Below, piece by piece: positions 43,391 through 58,878 of a stretch of DNA of 64,000 nucleotides. Below the pieces are notes generated by a model. That model was not told the origin of the DNA and searched no databases. It saw only the letters and a program-made list of their open reading frames with translations. Origin of the DNA: Amoebidium appalachense (taxonomy: Eukaryota > Protista > Ichthyosporea); assembly GCA_963693365.1 (NCBI GenBank), contig CAVNZM010000001.1:16735840-16799839 (forward strand), given 5' to 3'. A program made the translations under genes and the position numbers. Numbering within the stretch: position 1 is the stretch's first letter; each line of letters starts with the position of its first letter.

Positions 43391-45805
43391 CAACAATGGC
43401 AAGACCCATCCCTCCGACCAATCATCCAATACGGAACCCTGCCTGCCGACCCAAAGGAGGCAAAACGTTTGCGACGACACGTGGGTTCACCGATTGATCA
43501 TCTCAGATCATGCAACTACACACTGCATGAAGGTATACTGTACAGAGTACATGATGTACGATCGACATCTGGATGACGGCACGAACAGGTACATACTTGT
43601 GACGATATTCTGGCAGGACACACAGGCCTTTCACGTACATATGCAAAAGTCAGTGAAAGATTTTACTGGCAAAATATGTACACCGACACAGAGCACTACG
43701 TACCAAGGCCTCCTAAATAGGTGTGCTATTTAGGAGGCCTTGCTACGTACGCACCTGCGACGCGTGTGCGCGATCAAAAGATCCCCCACGCAGGCCACGT
43801 GCACCCTTGCACTCACGCCTACCTGCGGGCGCCTTTGAAGAAATTAATGTCGATTTCATACCTTCACTGCCGTTTTCTTTCAATGGCAACCGACACTTAA
43901 TGATGGTTATTGATAACCTTACAAAATGGGTTATTGGTATTCCATTAAAAGATATGACAGGCTCCACCATAGCACGTGCGTTACTTGACCACGTAATGTA
44001 ATCTTATATAAGTATTTGGGACAGAAGCAGAGACACAGTGGTGCAGTGTGAAAACACCACAGACACAACACAACAAAACACGGAACGATCGGAGCAGTGT
44101 ACACAACAGACATCAATGTTTAGACACGACTCAATTAAATTTATTTCGATCTTGAATATATATACTCGAAATTCCCTTAAGTCAAATTCATGCGTGATTT
44201 TTGACCAGTCAAAAATTAGATCTGTCTCTAATGGAAACCAATCACTAAGAACTAATTGCTTTCAGAGAGATCTGGTACGCGGATATGTACACGATAGGAT
44301 ACAGACACTAGCTAAGATCAACTCGTTCATTATCAAGGAAGTGAGGGAAAGTTCTAACCTATGATACACTGCAAAGACTCAGACATACCACACTTAACCT
44401 TGATGATTGGTTAAAGCTCGGCAACACATGAAAACTAAAGTAAATTAATGAAGTCTGATCACACATGTCAACCTAAGTGTAGCATTATAAGTGTGTTACC
44501 GTCCAATCAACACATAGCAAGTAACACAAATCTACCTAACATATATTAGTAGAAAAGAAATACGATTATACACATGAAGACAAGGAGAGAAAGAAAAGAA
44601 AATAAGGAAGGAGAAAGAGAAAGGAGAAGAGAGCACAGATCAACAAACAAGATAGTAATAGTATAACTATAACTAGAGATATTTATGTACACACGAACAT
44701 GTACACGTCTCTCCCTGAGTGGGTGGATCCGTGTACACACATATAAATATTCTAATCGATATTACAATACACGATTAAAGCCGATACAACACGATTACAA
44801 GTATACAAGCATATCGAAGATCGATGCTACACTTTACATAATAGGAGTGTGGCATTTATATTAAGCATATGAACTGAAACATAACACAAACTGAAAAGAT
44901 CTTACCTAAGGTAGACACTACGTACTACAACACGTAATCACACAATATGGGGTGCCTAAAAGAATAATAACCGACTCTGCAAGCAAACTTTGCAACTAAA
45001 CTCATCAACGAGATGTGTATGTTGCTAGGCTTGCAACAGATTTTCACCACACCATATCACCAACAGGCGAATGGTTTGATAGAACGAATGAACAGAACAT
45101 GTACTTTACGCGACCTTGCGTAACTATGTGATGTCACATCAGGCTGATTGGGACCTATGGATACCCACAGCACTTTTTGCCATCAACACTATTTTACAAA
45201 GCTCGAGCGGCCGGGTATACACCTTTCTACCTTACGAGAGGTTACCACCCACGACTACGTATACCCGTTGACATACTCCTTCCAAAACCAAACACACAGA
45301 CTGTGCAACCCGAAGATCTGATGTAGTGAAGGATATGATCACAAAACTGCAAGAAGCCAGACGACTTGCAGATGAAAACATACGTTATGCAAAGCAAATA
45401 CAGCAAGACATGCATAACAGAAACACGAATGTATTCACATACCAGCCTAACCAACTCGTATGGGTATACACACCGACAACAAATTTAAACCATACAGAAG
45501 TCGACATTTCACAAACTTCTGGCATGGCCCATACAAAGTGGTACGACAGTTACCACACAACCCATACACATACGAATTGGCTGTCCCCCACCGCCAAACA
45601 CACAACCCCAACAACCACGACATTACCCTACTTATGCCTCCAAACCATGGACCATAAGAGAACACTACTGGAATTATGCAGAACAAACAACATTCTTTAA
45701 AGTCACCTTCCTAAATGGATCAGAATCTTGGGTAGATGCCACACACCCACTGTGGCAAGACGCCCTCTCCCATGGGCTATCCTCCAACAATACTGGAACT
45801 CATAA
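43388..45805 (+). mobile_element. Decayed Ty3/Gypsy LTR-retrotransposon pol (integrase region, possible C-terminal chromodomain), split by a solo LTR
   Basis: QQWQDPSLRPIIQYGTLPADPKEAKRLR; HHCC region (YVRTCDACARSK); FEEINVDFIPSLP..NGNRHLMMVIDNLTKW; after the insertion QYGVPKRIITD, TTPYHQQANGLIERMNRT, WHGPYKVV; chromo-like FFKVTFLNGSESWV...ILQQYW. Multiple stops and frameshifts. Confidence 0.9.
43997..44932. mobile_element. Solo LTR (936 bp, TG...CA) with 5-bp TSD CGTAA
   Basis: cgtaa (43992-43996) then TGTAATC ... TACAACA then cgtaa (44933-44937). Removing it restores the integrase reading LLDHVITQYGVPK. Confidence 0.88.
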
Positions 45806-45898
45806 GCATGATCAAAACGATTTATTAAACGTTGACACAAAAACACACACACACGCTCTCTGTTATTTATATATGTACCATGTGTCACCGTTACCGAT

Positions 45899-46012
45899 AG
45901 GGCCTAGGACACGATGCCCTTGGGGTTTCCTGAGAGTTTCGAATTCCCCCCTAAAAGGGCCTAGGACACGATGCCCTTGGGGTTTCCTGAGAGTTTCGAA
46001 TTCCCCCCTAAA
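45899..46012. repeat. Perfect tandem duplication, 2 x 57 bp
   Basis: agggcctaggacacgatgcccttggggtttcctgagagtttcgaattcccccctaaa occurs twice head to tail. Confidence 0.9.
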
Positions 46013-46975
46013 ACCTGGAGTTTAGTGGCAAACTTCATAAACAAAAACCACTCGCATATAAAAAGAAAATGGATAGAAAAGAAAACACACGACTATAGGT
46101 GTACCTCACACCTACACGACCAAAGTGCACACACCTCACAAAGACACGTGCAAGCTTCAGGGACGAAGCTTTTCTTTGTCGGGGGGACGTGCTAGAAGCC
46201 GCACGAAGCCCTCTCCGTTTGCGCAAACGCGCCAACCACAATCGATGCATATGGTTTCTTCGTTCAAGTGTCTCTTCGACACTCGTACGAACGCCGACAA
46301 CCAAATAAAAAGACGAGCCTGATTCAGTCTCGGAACGGACTACAAACATTCGGTTCACAGTGTCTTTTCATTCATCAGAACAGTACGATCTGTGTCTAGG
46401 CGGAAGATGGTAAGCTCCCCTGAGGCAGTGCCTCGCTGGGAATGAAACGGGATGAATGAAAAAAAGGAATTATATTGACAAACAAAAAGGCAAGCAAGCA
46501 AAAAATGTGAAAAAATTAAAAACTATAAGACACATGGAAAAACAAGTACACACTCACCCGCCCATGCACAACACAACTCTAAAAGCATATCTCCTCAGGT
46601 GATATCTCGTGACCAAAAGTTATCTCCTTAGTACTTTGTTGGGGTGACACAGCTGCATGCACGAGCCATCGGGGTGTGCTCATTTTTTTTTTCAACTTCA
46701 AAGTTTTTTTTTTCAAAGGCCGTGGTGATCCCAAGGCCTGCTCTTCTACCCTCGAAAAAAAAAAAAAATCACTGAAACACCGTGAGAAAGCATTTGTTGT
46801 TACAGCGGCTTGAGGCCACGGTCAGGACGTAGCAGGGTACACGGTTCCGGAGGCAGCAGAGTGACCGTCAGAGCAGGCTCAGGATCATGATCCGCACTTG
46901 GCAACCAACTACGTTTGGTACGAAGCCCCGAAGCCCCCCCCTCCCCCCCCCCCCCCCCCCCCTCCCCCCCCCCCT

Positions 46976-47015
<40 letters not shown>

Positions 47016-48568
47016 TCCCCCCCCCCCTCTCCCCCCCTCCCCCCACCTGTCGCCTCCCCTCCAACTCCAAACATTTACATGACAGATCTGGTCGTCACTG
47101 ATGCGGTAGGTGCAAGTAGGTGCACTGGTGCATGCAAACAGGCACCCACGGCTGGCATGTCCGCCAAAGGTGACTAACCTTAGATCCATATCCTCCCTCA
47201 CTCATCCTCTCCCTCCTCCCCCCCCCCCAAACCCCCCCCAAACCCCCTCCCACCCCCTAACCGCCCTCCCGTCCCTCTCCTCCTCCCTCTCCCTCCCTCC
47301 CTCCCCCCCCCCACACCTCCCCCCCCTCCCCCACCACCATCACCATCACCACGGACCCTCCCTCACCTCGTCCTTCTCCCTTTTCATCTCCCTCTAACTC
47401 CCTCTCCATCCCTCCTTTCTCTCTCCCTATTTCTCTCACTCCCTCTCTCTCTATCTCTTTCTCTCTCTCTCTCTCTAACTTTCTGTCTCTCTCTCGCCCT
47501 ATTTTTCTCTCTGCATCTCTCTTCCCCCCCTCCCTCCTCTCTCCATGTCCCTCTCCCTCTCCCTCTCCCTCTATACCTAACTCCAATTTTCCCTTTCACT
47601 ACCTCTCCCTCCCCCTCCCTCCACCCCCCCTCCCCTCTCTCTTCTCTCTCTCCTCCCCCCCCCCCTCTCTCTCCCACCCTCACCACCCTGCGTTCTCTCT
47701 GTTCTTTCTAGCTTTCCCCCCCTCCCCCCTCCTCTCTATCTAAAGCCGTGTCCCTGTCTCTCCCTCCTCTCCTTCCCCCTCTTGGTTCCCCTCGCTCACA
47801 CACACACACTATCGAGTCTCTTGCTCTCTGCGTGGGCCATTTGGATCCCCTCTCCCTCCTCCCCCCCCCCCCCCCCCCCCCACCTCCCCCCTCTATCTCC
47901 CCCCCCTCCCCCCTGCCCACCCTTCCCTTGCTCTCGGGCCCCCCCCCCCCCTCCCTCCCCACACACGCAAAGACCATGTTCGTGGTAGGTTGTAAGATGT
48001 ATGTGTATCCCCCCCCTCCCCCCGCCCTCCCCTCCTGTTCTTCCCTTGCCCCCGCGCCACCTAAGGGTACGCAGTCACTCTGCAGCTAAATCTTAGCCCT
48101 TCCAACAACCCCCCCCCCCCCCCCCCCACAAAAAAAAAAAAAAAAAAAAAGGGAAAAAGAAAGAAAAAGAAAAGAAAAGAAAAGAAAGAAAGGAAAGAAG
48201 AAAAAGAGGGGGGGGGGGGGGGGGGAGAGGGAGGGGGGGGGAGGAGGGGGGAGAGGGGAAGAGAAAGGAAACGAAAGAAAACTGAAGCCCCCCCCCCCCC
48301 CCCCCCCCGTGCATCTCATCCTCTCTTTTGCCCTTCTGGCCTTCTCATCGTACCACCCACTTATTGCCAGGTCATTTACAATTGTGGGGCTGTGTTCTTT
48401 TTTCTTTGATTTAGGTATTCCCCCTATCTCCCCCCGCCTTCTATCCCCCTCGCCCCCTCCCCGCCCCCACTCTCCCTCCCGACACTGGCCCCCTCACCAC
48501 ACACATAAACCTACACATGTGCACGCCACCTGACATTTAACCCTTCACAATAGCACCAACCGTCAAAG

Positions 48569-49955
<1,387 letters not shown>

Positions 49956-50465
49956 GAGGTGGTAGTTGATTAGTCCTACATGATCACGTGAAAAAATGAG
50001 TGTGTGGACACAAACACACACACGCTCATGCACGCACGTGCGGGCGCACAGACACATAGACACATCGTACGCATAGATACTGAGCTTGCACCATGTGCAA
50101 ACACACACAGACACACACATACACAGTCGAACAGAAGCGCAGATTCATGCATGCGCTTCGAAGTGCAGCATAATGCGAACAGTAACCGGGGATAAGTTAA
50201 CAAACAAACACTCTCACACTCACACTCACACTCACGCACACGCACACACACGTGCACACACATGTCACACAGGCACACACACACTGGCATGGATGGGAAC
50301 GTCTTGGGCATACATCACACACACCGCCTTTCGGTGTGCATGTGCATCTTTGTATGAATATTTGTTATTGACTTGTTTTAGGTACACCCGAGCTCATATC
50401 TGGATTTGTGCGATTGTGTTTGTGTGTGGGGATCGATTGGGCTTTTCTGATCCACTTTAAGAATA

Positions 50466-50530
<65 letters not shown>

Positions 50531-50629
50531 TGTGGGACCACCGCCACCACCACCACCACAAAACACAGACAAAAAAAAACACCTTCGCCCTTTTCCTTCT
50601 TTTCTTTTCCTTTTTCCTTTTTCCTTTTT

Positions 50630-50665
<36 letters not shown>

Positions 50666-53336
50666 AGCAGGGTGCCACTGGGTGTGTGTATGTGTGGTTG
50701 CAGATGTGTGTGTGTGGTTGCGGTTTTTTTTTTTTTTTTTTATGTGTGTGTTTGTGGTGGTGGTGGTGGGGGGGGGGGGGGGGGGGGGGAGGGGGGGGGG
50801 GGGGGCATTGTTTCACCTAAGGGAGTATTGTTTCACCTATGTTGTTCAGAGGCTTGTGAAATGGATTTACATATTAGCTACTGTGCAGTTAGCCATTTTG
50901 GTATGGATTTAATATAGTGATGTTTCTCAACTTGCAATTGTACATATCGTATTTTTTACTTCCTCCCGCATTATTCAGAGGTAGCCCGACGTTTATCTTG
51001 AATTGAACTTAGAATTAGACTTTTTTTTTTTTCCAGAAAGCTACCTTCTTTTTTGAAGGCAGTTGGGCTTTCATTGGTAAACAAGTAATCATCAATGCAT
51101 TTAGATATATTTAGATTGCCAGCAAACAACGAAGACAGGGCCACGGTCACGTGTAAAAAGTGTCAAGACATAGTAACCAACAAACATGTACGAATTTATG
51201 CCTTAGTGTTACCATTACTAATAACACACTGCCTGTATACCTTTGAAAACTGGGAGTTGCGCAGTCTTGCAGGTTTTAACCAAGTAGCCGGGTTAGCCCG
51301 AATTTTAGAATTTGTTTACTCTCTGACAGATCTAGAAGTGAATATTGTGGTGAATGAATTATACTTCGGCCATCGGGGGCCAGAGAGAGGGGGCATGTGT
51401 GCATGCATGTCCATGTTCCCTGTGCGTGCCGCTGTGTACTTATATATATGTGACATGCATGTGCCACGTGGTTGTGTGTGCACATGCATATATGTGCGTG
51501 TATTTGTGCGTGTATTGAAAGTTGGCCGGCAGGGGGAGCGGGATTAAATAAGGTTGTGTGAGGCCCAATGATATGAGTGCTGTATGATATAAGGAGGCCT
51601 ATAGTGTAGGCCTCAGCTATTGTTAGCTAACAAATTTTGTCAAGAGGTCATCACCCGACATCTATGTACGTGTTCATGATATACCGCTGAGGGGATATTC
51701 CGAGCAAAACCCCCCCCCATACCTGAGACTGGTTTCTCTTTGCCTCGAGTAAACAGCGTAAACCCCAGGTCACTTTCCTCTTACCTTTTGTGGGGCCGGG
51801 CCTGGACCTGGCAAATCATGGCGAGGATGACGTCATGGCGTCGGGCCCCGGATTCGCCGGGCCGGGCAAAAACAAACAGATGACAGACACTGTGAGGCCG
51901 TGGCTGGAGGCCTCCAGGCGAGGCTCATTTTTTCAGTCAAGTGTGAAGGGAAAACATGGAATAGTCCCTTTGATCGTAGGGCGCCAATTGCAAGACGCCA
52001 CAGTCAAAACGGTGGCAGGTTGAACACTTGAGCCTGAAGGTCGAAACGGAGTTGTGCACGGCTGCACGAACCCTCGTGGCACCATGGCAGGTGTGTTTCT
52101 GGGTGGGTGCGAGGTCCGCTTGGCAAGGTTGCCATTGAATCACTGCCCTGCTCCCCCCCTCCCTCCCCTCCCCCCCCCCCCCCCCTCCCCCCCCCCCCCC
52201 CGGCTCGCTCCCCACCTCCTCCCCATCCCCACTTCTCTTCCTGTGCGCGTTTTCCCCTCCGTAAGAGAGTAATAGCACATTCCCTCGTAGGTAAATTGGT
52301 TCACGGTGCAGGATTGAAACAAATCGGGTGCTCAGTTGTCAGCGGTAAAAGGTGCACGTCTATATCTATTGTCTGCACCCTTACCTGCCCGAGTCCCCAA
52401 CGCTTTATCACCGTCGAATCATCCTCCTCGCCTTCATCCTTATGTTGAGAAAGACAACTGTCACTGACTTCTACCCTACTCGTTTTTGTGGATTCCTCAC
52501 ACGCTCTACTGCCCCTGTGTCTCTCTCAGCTCTCTCTCTCTCTCTCTCTCTCGCTCTCTCCTAGATCAGTTACAAGCGTACATCCTCTCCTTATCCCTTC
52601 TCCCCTTCCCCCCCCCCCCCTCCCTCCCCCACGCTTTCCCCCTGAAAACCTCGCTGGGTTGGCCCTTCCTCTTGTCGCACCACACTCCTTTTGCACCAAG
52701 CAACCATACACTTTGGGTGTCCACGGTCCTCCTATCATCTACCTTATCTCGTCCCTCTGCATGTATCCCCTTCCACTGCCCTCTTCCTGCCCCCGCCACT
52801 CTCCCCCCCTCCCCCCCTCTCTACCCGTCAATTCCTCTCCCAGTCTTCCGTGTTTGCATCTTAACATTTACTCAATCTCTCGCTCTCTTCCTCCCCCCCC
52901 CCCCCCGGCTTCTTCCTCGAGGGGTGGTGTCACTCTTTGCGGCTAGCTGACCACTGGTCCTTCCCCCCCCCCCCCCCCCCCCCCCTCCCCCTCCTCTCCT
53001 CTCAATGGTCCTGTTATTTGCACCAAAAGCTCCCACGGGCCAGTCTGTTAGTTTTGCCCTCCCCTGCAACAACATGGAAAGTTTTCTCCAGCTTCTCTAT
53101 TCTGCTTTCCGCTCTTTTCTTCTTGACATCCTCATTTTTCTATTTCGTATTGTTTCCCTCTCGTAGTACCCCCCCCCCCCCCCCCCCCCCCCCTCCCCCC
53201 CTCCCCCTCTTCCCCAACACGCACACACCGTAAAGCCACCTTGCCTTATTACGTCTGGTGCATAGACCCCCCCCCCCCCCCCTCGGGGCACCCTTTCTCG
53301 CACCAATTGACTGGACGTTTCTTCATGCTTCTTCAG

Positions 53337-55175
53337 GCCAACAAGATGTTGGGTGTCTGCTTGACACCCTCCCAGACCACATCATCAGTGGCATAGTGGC
53401 ACACACCCACCGCCCAAGGGATCTGCTCAGTTTATCGACCACGTGCAAGGAGACTCAACCACTGGGCAAAGAGGTCGGGCAAGATTCGGCTGGAAGTCGA
53501 GTTGGGCAGTGAACATTGGACGCCCATCGCCAAGATCACAAACAGCCCATGGCGCCACACAGTCGTTTCTCTCGAAGTCGAGGCCAGTTATGAGGATATC
53601 TCGCCACGTTGCATGTTTGTAGCCAGTTTCCCAAACCTGTCTACACTGATCATCAAAGATTGTAAGCATTCGGATTTTTCTGGGGTTCAACACTACACCC
53701 ACCTTCGTCACGTTTTTCTGGCCCATTCGGATTGCGATGTGGCACTCGATTTGGACGAATTCTCTTCTTCAGCAACCACCATGCGCACATTTCACGTTAC
53801 ACAGGACAGGGCTAGTTTTGAGCAAGTCACCCGCCTTCCCGTATTCCCAAACATCACCGAACTGACCCTACCCAGCTCGGTGACGTCATCGATAGTGTTG
53901 TTCACATGCCACGCATTGGGGAATCTATCGCTCTACCAACAAATTGACCAAGAGGACCTAGAGAGGTTGTGTGCAGCATGCACGGGTCTAACCTCTTTGT
54001 CACTGTTAGAGGGAGACCATCCCCCTAACGATGATCAGGAGATCGATTCCCTCGCGCCGTTGGCTTTTCTCACATCTTTACGGGAACTTACACTCAGTCT
54101 ACTCGTTTGGAATCCTTTGGTGCCGTATACCTGCCCCAGCGTGACATCTTTAACATCTTTAACCCTTTCCCGGAGCCGTGGGCTGGGGGGAGAAGACGCC
54201 CATCTGGTTTTTCCGGCATTACGGGAGATACGGATTGCTGGCTTTAAAACCGTGGAGGAGTGGTGAAGGCACCCAGAGATACTAGATGTGTCGCAGAGCA
54301 CAACGGTCACTAAGATTGTCATTGAGAATGGATCATACTCATTCGAGCATATCTTTGACGGAGTACTCACAGACACGCTGCATACGATTGTTCTGAGAAA
54401 CATTTAGACGGACGAACTCACCGAGAATATTATTGCTAATGATGACGTTGCAAGCGTAAGCGTGCAGTCAGTCACGTTTGAACGGGTTAGAGGTTCTCAT
54501 TTTTTCCAGTCTCTTCGTTTGTGTGTGCTGGAATGGCTAAGGGACCTCACAATCACAGAGTGCAGGGACATGCGTTCATTTGAGCCACTCAGAGGGTGGG
54601 CGGCATTGCAAAGCTTCACATTCGACCAGACACGGGTGTGGCAGAAATTTGAGTCGGTGTATGATCTGGAGCCAATCGGCACGTGTACACAGTTCCAGTT
54701 GCTGGTGGTGAAGGGAGTGATGGGGGTGACCAACACGGGGGTGGTGCATGATCTAAGGTATACGCCCTCCCAAAACACGCGCACACATCCACACACCACC
54801 GTACGCGTCATCACCGTACCACAACCAATTATCATCTTCGTACCCAGCAAAGGTCGCTAGTGCCTGTCTGTACCAGTTAGCTTGTTCACCCAGATACAAC
54901 AACAAGTGCAAGCACGCACACGAAGACGTGGAGTCCAAAGTGTGTACGTGTGCATGTGATGCATTCGAATTCGTCTGCTTGTGTGAGGGCCATTTGGGTG
55001 TTGGGTGGGTGGGTGGATGGGTGTGGGGGAGGGGGGGGGTTGGCAAGCTTATGTATAGATAGGCTGCGTATTTATGTGGATATGCAGCACATAAATAAAT
55101 GGTCCACGTGAGGGCAATGGTTCGCAAGTATGATCTGTGTGCACTTACCTTGAACTGTTCTTGGTTCCATCCTTC

Positions 55176-55210
<35 letters not shown>

Positions 55211-55569
55211 CCCCTCCCCCCCTTGCCCCCACCAATACATACACCTGCAGGAGCCATCACCTCACACACGTGGAGGTTGCGGGCGTGGATGCTGATGAAG
55301 AGGACAAGGATTCGGCGTTGGTGGTGGGGTTTGGTGGGTGGTTGTCGGACAACCACCCACCTGATGCGTGGGAGTATGTGGTGGTAATCATGGCTCTGAG
55401 TGGGTGTCTGGGGTGCAGATCTGTTGGTGATGCCGTTTCAATGTTCGTTGCTTATGTAGACCATTTACGATCAAATATCAGCACAACTATCAGGGTTATA
55501 ACAGTTGACATGTCAGCGCATGATGTACATACTTGTGAGTTGCTTCTTTTGGATGCCTTCAACTTCTGA
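53337..55569 (+). pseudogene. F-box + LRR-like gene, copy 2, disrupted
   Basis: LDTLPDHIISGIVAHTHRPRDLLSLSTTCK. Exons 53337-54757 and 55251-55569, with the same intron positions as copy 1. Extra G at ~53450, TGG>TGA at 54264-54266, TAG at 54405-54407. Confidence 0.75.
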
Positions 55570-55901
55570 TATATATTGCTCACTCACAATTCAAAGATGG
55601 TGATGTGCTTCAATCGATATTCAAACCCCTCCCCCCCCCCCCCCCCCCCCCCCGCTTTACTTCCATGCAACCGGGCATGGTTGCTCTGTGTCGTGGATCT
55701 GTAAGCACATACACATTTTTCGCTGCACTGCATTAGTTTGTACACACATATTCACCGTTTTGCTCACCTTGCTTGCATAGGCAACCCTGCTCGTCTTTGA
55801 CAAGACGGGTTCAACCTCCCAAGTTCAGTTGATGCTGCTGTCTGAGTTGGAGAGTCGTACATACGCGGCTAAGGGGTCGAAACTCAGACGCAATTGATGA
55901 C

Positions 55902-56028
55902 TTGGGCCCTCCCTGAGGATGGGCTCTGCTTATGACGCATACTGTGCGCATGGCTATGTTGCATACTTGAATGTTTGCCTTTGCATGTGTCCTTCGTGTA
56001 TGCGTACTTCGTACCGTGTTCCGCATTC

Positions 56029-56030
<2 letters not shown>
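55902..56030 (+). mobile_element. Interspersed repeat family B, copy 2 (followed by poly-C then poly-A)
   Basis: Matches 39749-39893 apart from small indels. Confidence 0.7.
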
Positions 56031-56070
<40 letters not shown>

Positions 56071-56211
56071 AAAAATAATAATAATAAAGCCCCGTCCCCA
56101 ATCATTTAAAACGGCCCCCAAACCCCCCAACCCTCTTCCCCCTTGCTCTTCCACCACGTGCATGCATTTACAGTAACTGTCGCGGCCACTTCACGACTTC
56201 ACTTTCACCAT

Positions 56212-56244
<33 letters not shown>

Positions 56245-56363
56245 ATAAATAAATAAAATAAAAATAAAAATAAAAATAAAATAATGCTACTCCTGCCACC
56301 CAGCTCATTTCCTTTTTGCCATTCTAGCACCATCGTGGTGCCACCCAACTTTCGCCTCCTGCC

Positions 56364-56551
56364 ACTCGCATATGTAGAGTATATATATTGTGGCCGTTTG
56401 TTTCGGGACCTGCCAGATAGTCACGTGGCATTTGGGCCTCCTGCAAATAAACGTTGAACTCGCATATGTAGAGTATATATATTGTGGCCGTTTGTTTCGG
56501 GACCTGCCAGATATTCACCTGGCATTTGGGCCTCCTGCAAATAAACGTTGA
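56364..56551. repeat. Tandem duplication, 2 x 94 bp
   Basis: actcgcatatgtagagtatatatattgtggccgtttgtttcgggacctgccagata.tcac.tggcatttgggcctcctgcaaataaacgttga repeated with 2 mismatches. Confidence 0.9.
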
Positions 56552-56748
56552 ACAAAAAAAAAAAGCCCGAAATCATTCGCCATGTATCGAGATCTTACAT
56601 GTGGCACTCTAGATGCGGAACTTACGGTACCACCCCCCCCTCGAGCTCCCCCCCTCTCCCCCCGTATCTGGCATGTGCATTCACGTGGCACTCTAGATGC
56701 GGATTCCTTCCCCCACCCCCACCCCCCCCCATGACAACACACACACAA

Positions 56749-56780
<32 letters not shown>

Positions 56781-57514
56781 CAAATGGCATTGCATGTTGG
56801 AATTCGCACCATGAGCTCGCTCGAGAGCACAGCTCGCACACAAGCACCGACCATGGCCGTTCAATGCGAAGCTTAAAGCCACGTGTGCACTTTGAACAAA
56901 AACATGGCCAAGCTTGTGTAACGGAGCTGACAGATCTCGATTCTGAAGCTAATATACCGTACTGACAATAGCCGATATGCAGCTGAGCCGTTGTGCAATT
57001 ACCACATACTACGGTGCAACTTGAATTCAGCGGCAGGCTTTGCAGAGATACCACTGGGATCCACACTGGCCCTTCAAGCTGGTTTATTAACTCTGAAGGC
57101 CAATATTTGGCCAACCGGCGCATAAAGATCCTACAAAGGTAAAGAAGATTGCCGTAATACACTAACATTTGCCCTGCCCCCAGCATATTTGCCTTCACTG
57201 AATCGCCTATGCACCCGACTGTAAAGCAAACACTGGACCGCCAGCGGCCTGTGCAATTACATCCAACATAATCACCAATATCCCACGTGTTGTACTGAGA
57301 AAGAATATGGACCATATATAACAGTTGCCGAAAGTCACTCACAAGATCAAAAGGTCCAGGAACAATTCACACCTTTAGGCCATTCTGTATAGGCACACAG
57401 TCTTCAGATTTACCACCAGACCCCAACCCAAACCCCAACCTGCAGGCAATTCCTTTTTATCAAAACCAAAGGGCCTACGCGCACAAGGAAAGTGCCACGA
57501 ACCCTGTTTGTATT

Positions 57515-58397
57515 CTAGAAGTCGGCCTTTGAGAAGGAGACACGCAGGTGAGTCTTGTCAGCCACGGGGTAGTTGTGGACCTTGATCAGCCCCATCACGG
57601 CCTCCTCCGTGCTCGAGTAGCGCACAAGCGCCATGCGCCGCTCATTGTTGCCTACTGACTCGTTCTTGCCCCTGAGAGAGAAAGTATATGACAATAAGTA
57701 CTAAAGTGGATGTCAAGGTAGGTGTCTAAACGGATGTCGAGACACGCATTCCGTTATCATTGCTTCCCACAGAGAGAGAGGGCGAGAAAGTGGTAGTGGT
57801 GGTGGTGGTGGTGGTGGTGGTGGTGGTGGGGGGGGGGGGGGGGGGGGGGGGGGGAGGGGGGGGGGCATACGAGAAGAAGCGGCAACCAGTGACGGTTCCA
57901 TAGGGGGAGAAGAGGGATGTGATGTAGGCCTCGTCGATGGTGGCAGGGATGTTGGACACGTGCAGGGTGGGGCACGGGGGGGCAATGTTGTTGAAGTTCT
58001 TGGACCCGGGGTTGCGGAACCGGTGCAGCGGGGAGTTGGTGTAGTCCTTGGTCAGCTCACGGGCACCCTCCTGTGTGAAGTCGGGTGATTGTCAGCAGGC
58101 ATACACATACTGGGTTTCTATATAAAAGTATGTGCAGGTGGGATCCTGTGTGAAAGACTGCAACCACATGGTCCCTTGTCACGGTGCAGAAGCAGTTATT
58201 TCACCCCTTGTTATCTTTCTACCTTCTTGCATTTTTTATTGTGTGTGTGTGTGTGGGGAGGGGGGATCTTCAACCCCACACACCATCCCATCTCAATGCT
58301 CATGCAACCTCCTCCACTTGTTTCCTTCCCAAGTCCAACTATGTGAATTGGTTTGTTCACCGAATCAACCTTACTTAACAAAAATTGCTCTCCCCCC

Positions 58398-58428
<31 letters not shown>

Positions 58429-58445
58429 AAAAAAGAAAGAAAAAG

Positions 58446-58489
<44 letters not shown>

Positions 58490-58843
58490 CCACACACCCA
58501 CAACCTGCCCCTCCTTCACAACATCACACCATCATCCTTTTACACTTGCATTCACACATGTTGATTGTGATGCATTAATGGGCTGGTGATGCACGGACAT
58601 ATACCTCCTTCTGGTCGTTCTTGCCGGCCATCTTGACCTCATTGTGCTTGGACAGCATCACGTTCATGTCCAGCCCAAACAGCTTGACCCCGTTGAGGTG
58701 CTGCATGGCTGCTCACGGACACGTCAGCACACGAACTCGGTGTGTATGTTCATAGTGTGTGAAAAAAATGTCTTCAAAGACACAAGCTAGCAAGGTGTGA
58801 AAAATGGCAGCAGGAAGTGAGGGGCAGAGGGCAGCTAAGAATA

Positions 58844-58878
<35 letters not shown>

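Noticed and set aside
46380-47170. Possible upstream exons of the GNAT gene (ATG|GTAAG near 46409; ~46807-46917; ~47086-47169)
   Set aside because: Splice sites are plausible, but there is no homology or frame constraint to support them without transcript data.
56515-57342. 275-aa - strand ORF downstream of PTB
   Set aside because: No recognisable motif, it runs through microsatellite, and it lies where the PTB 3' UTR is expected.
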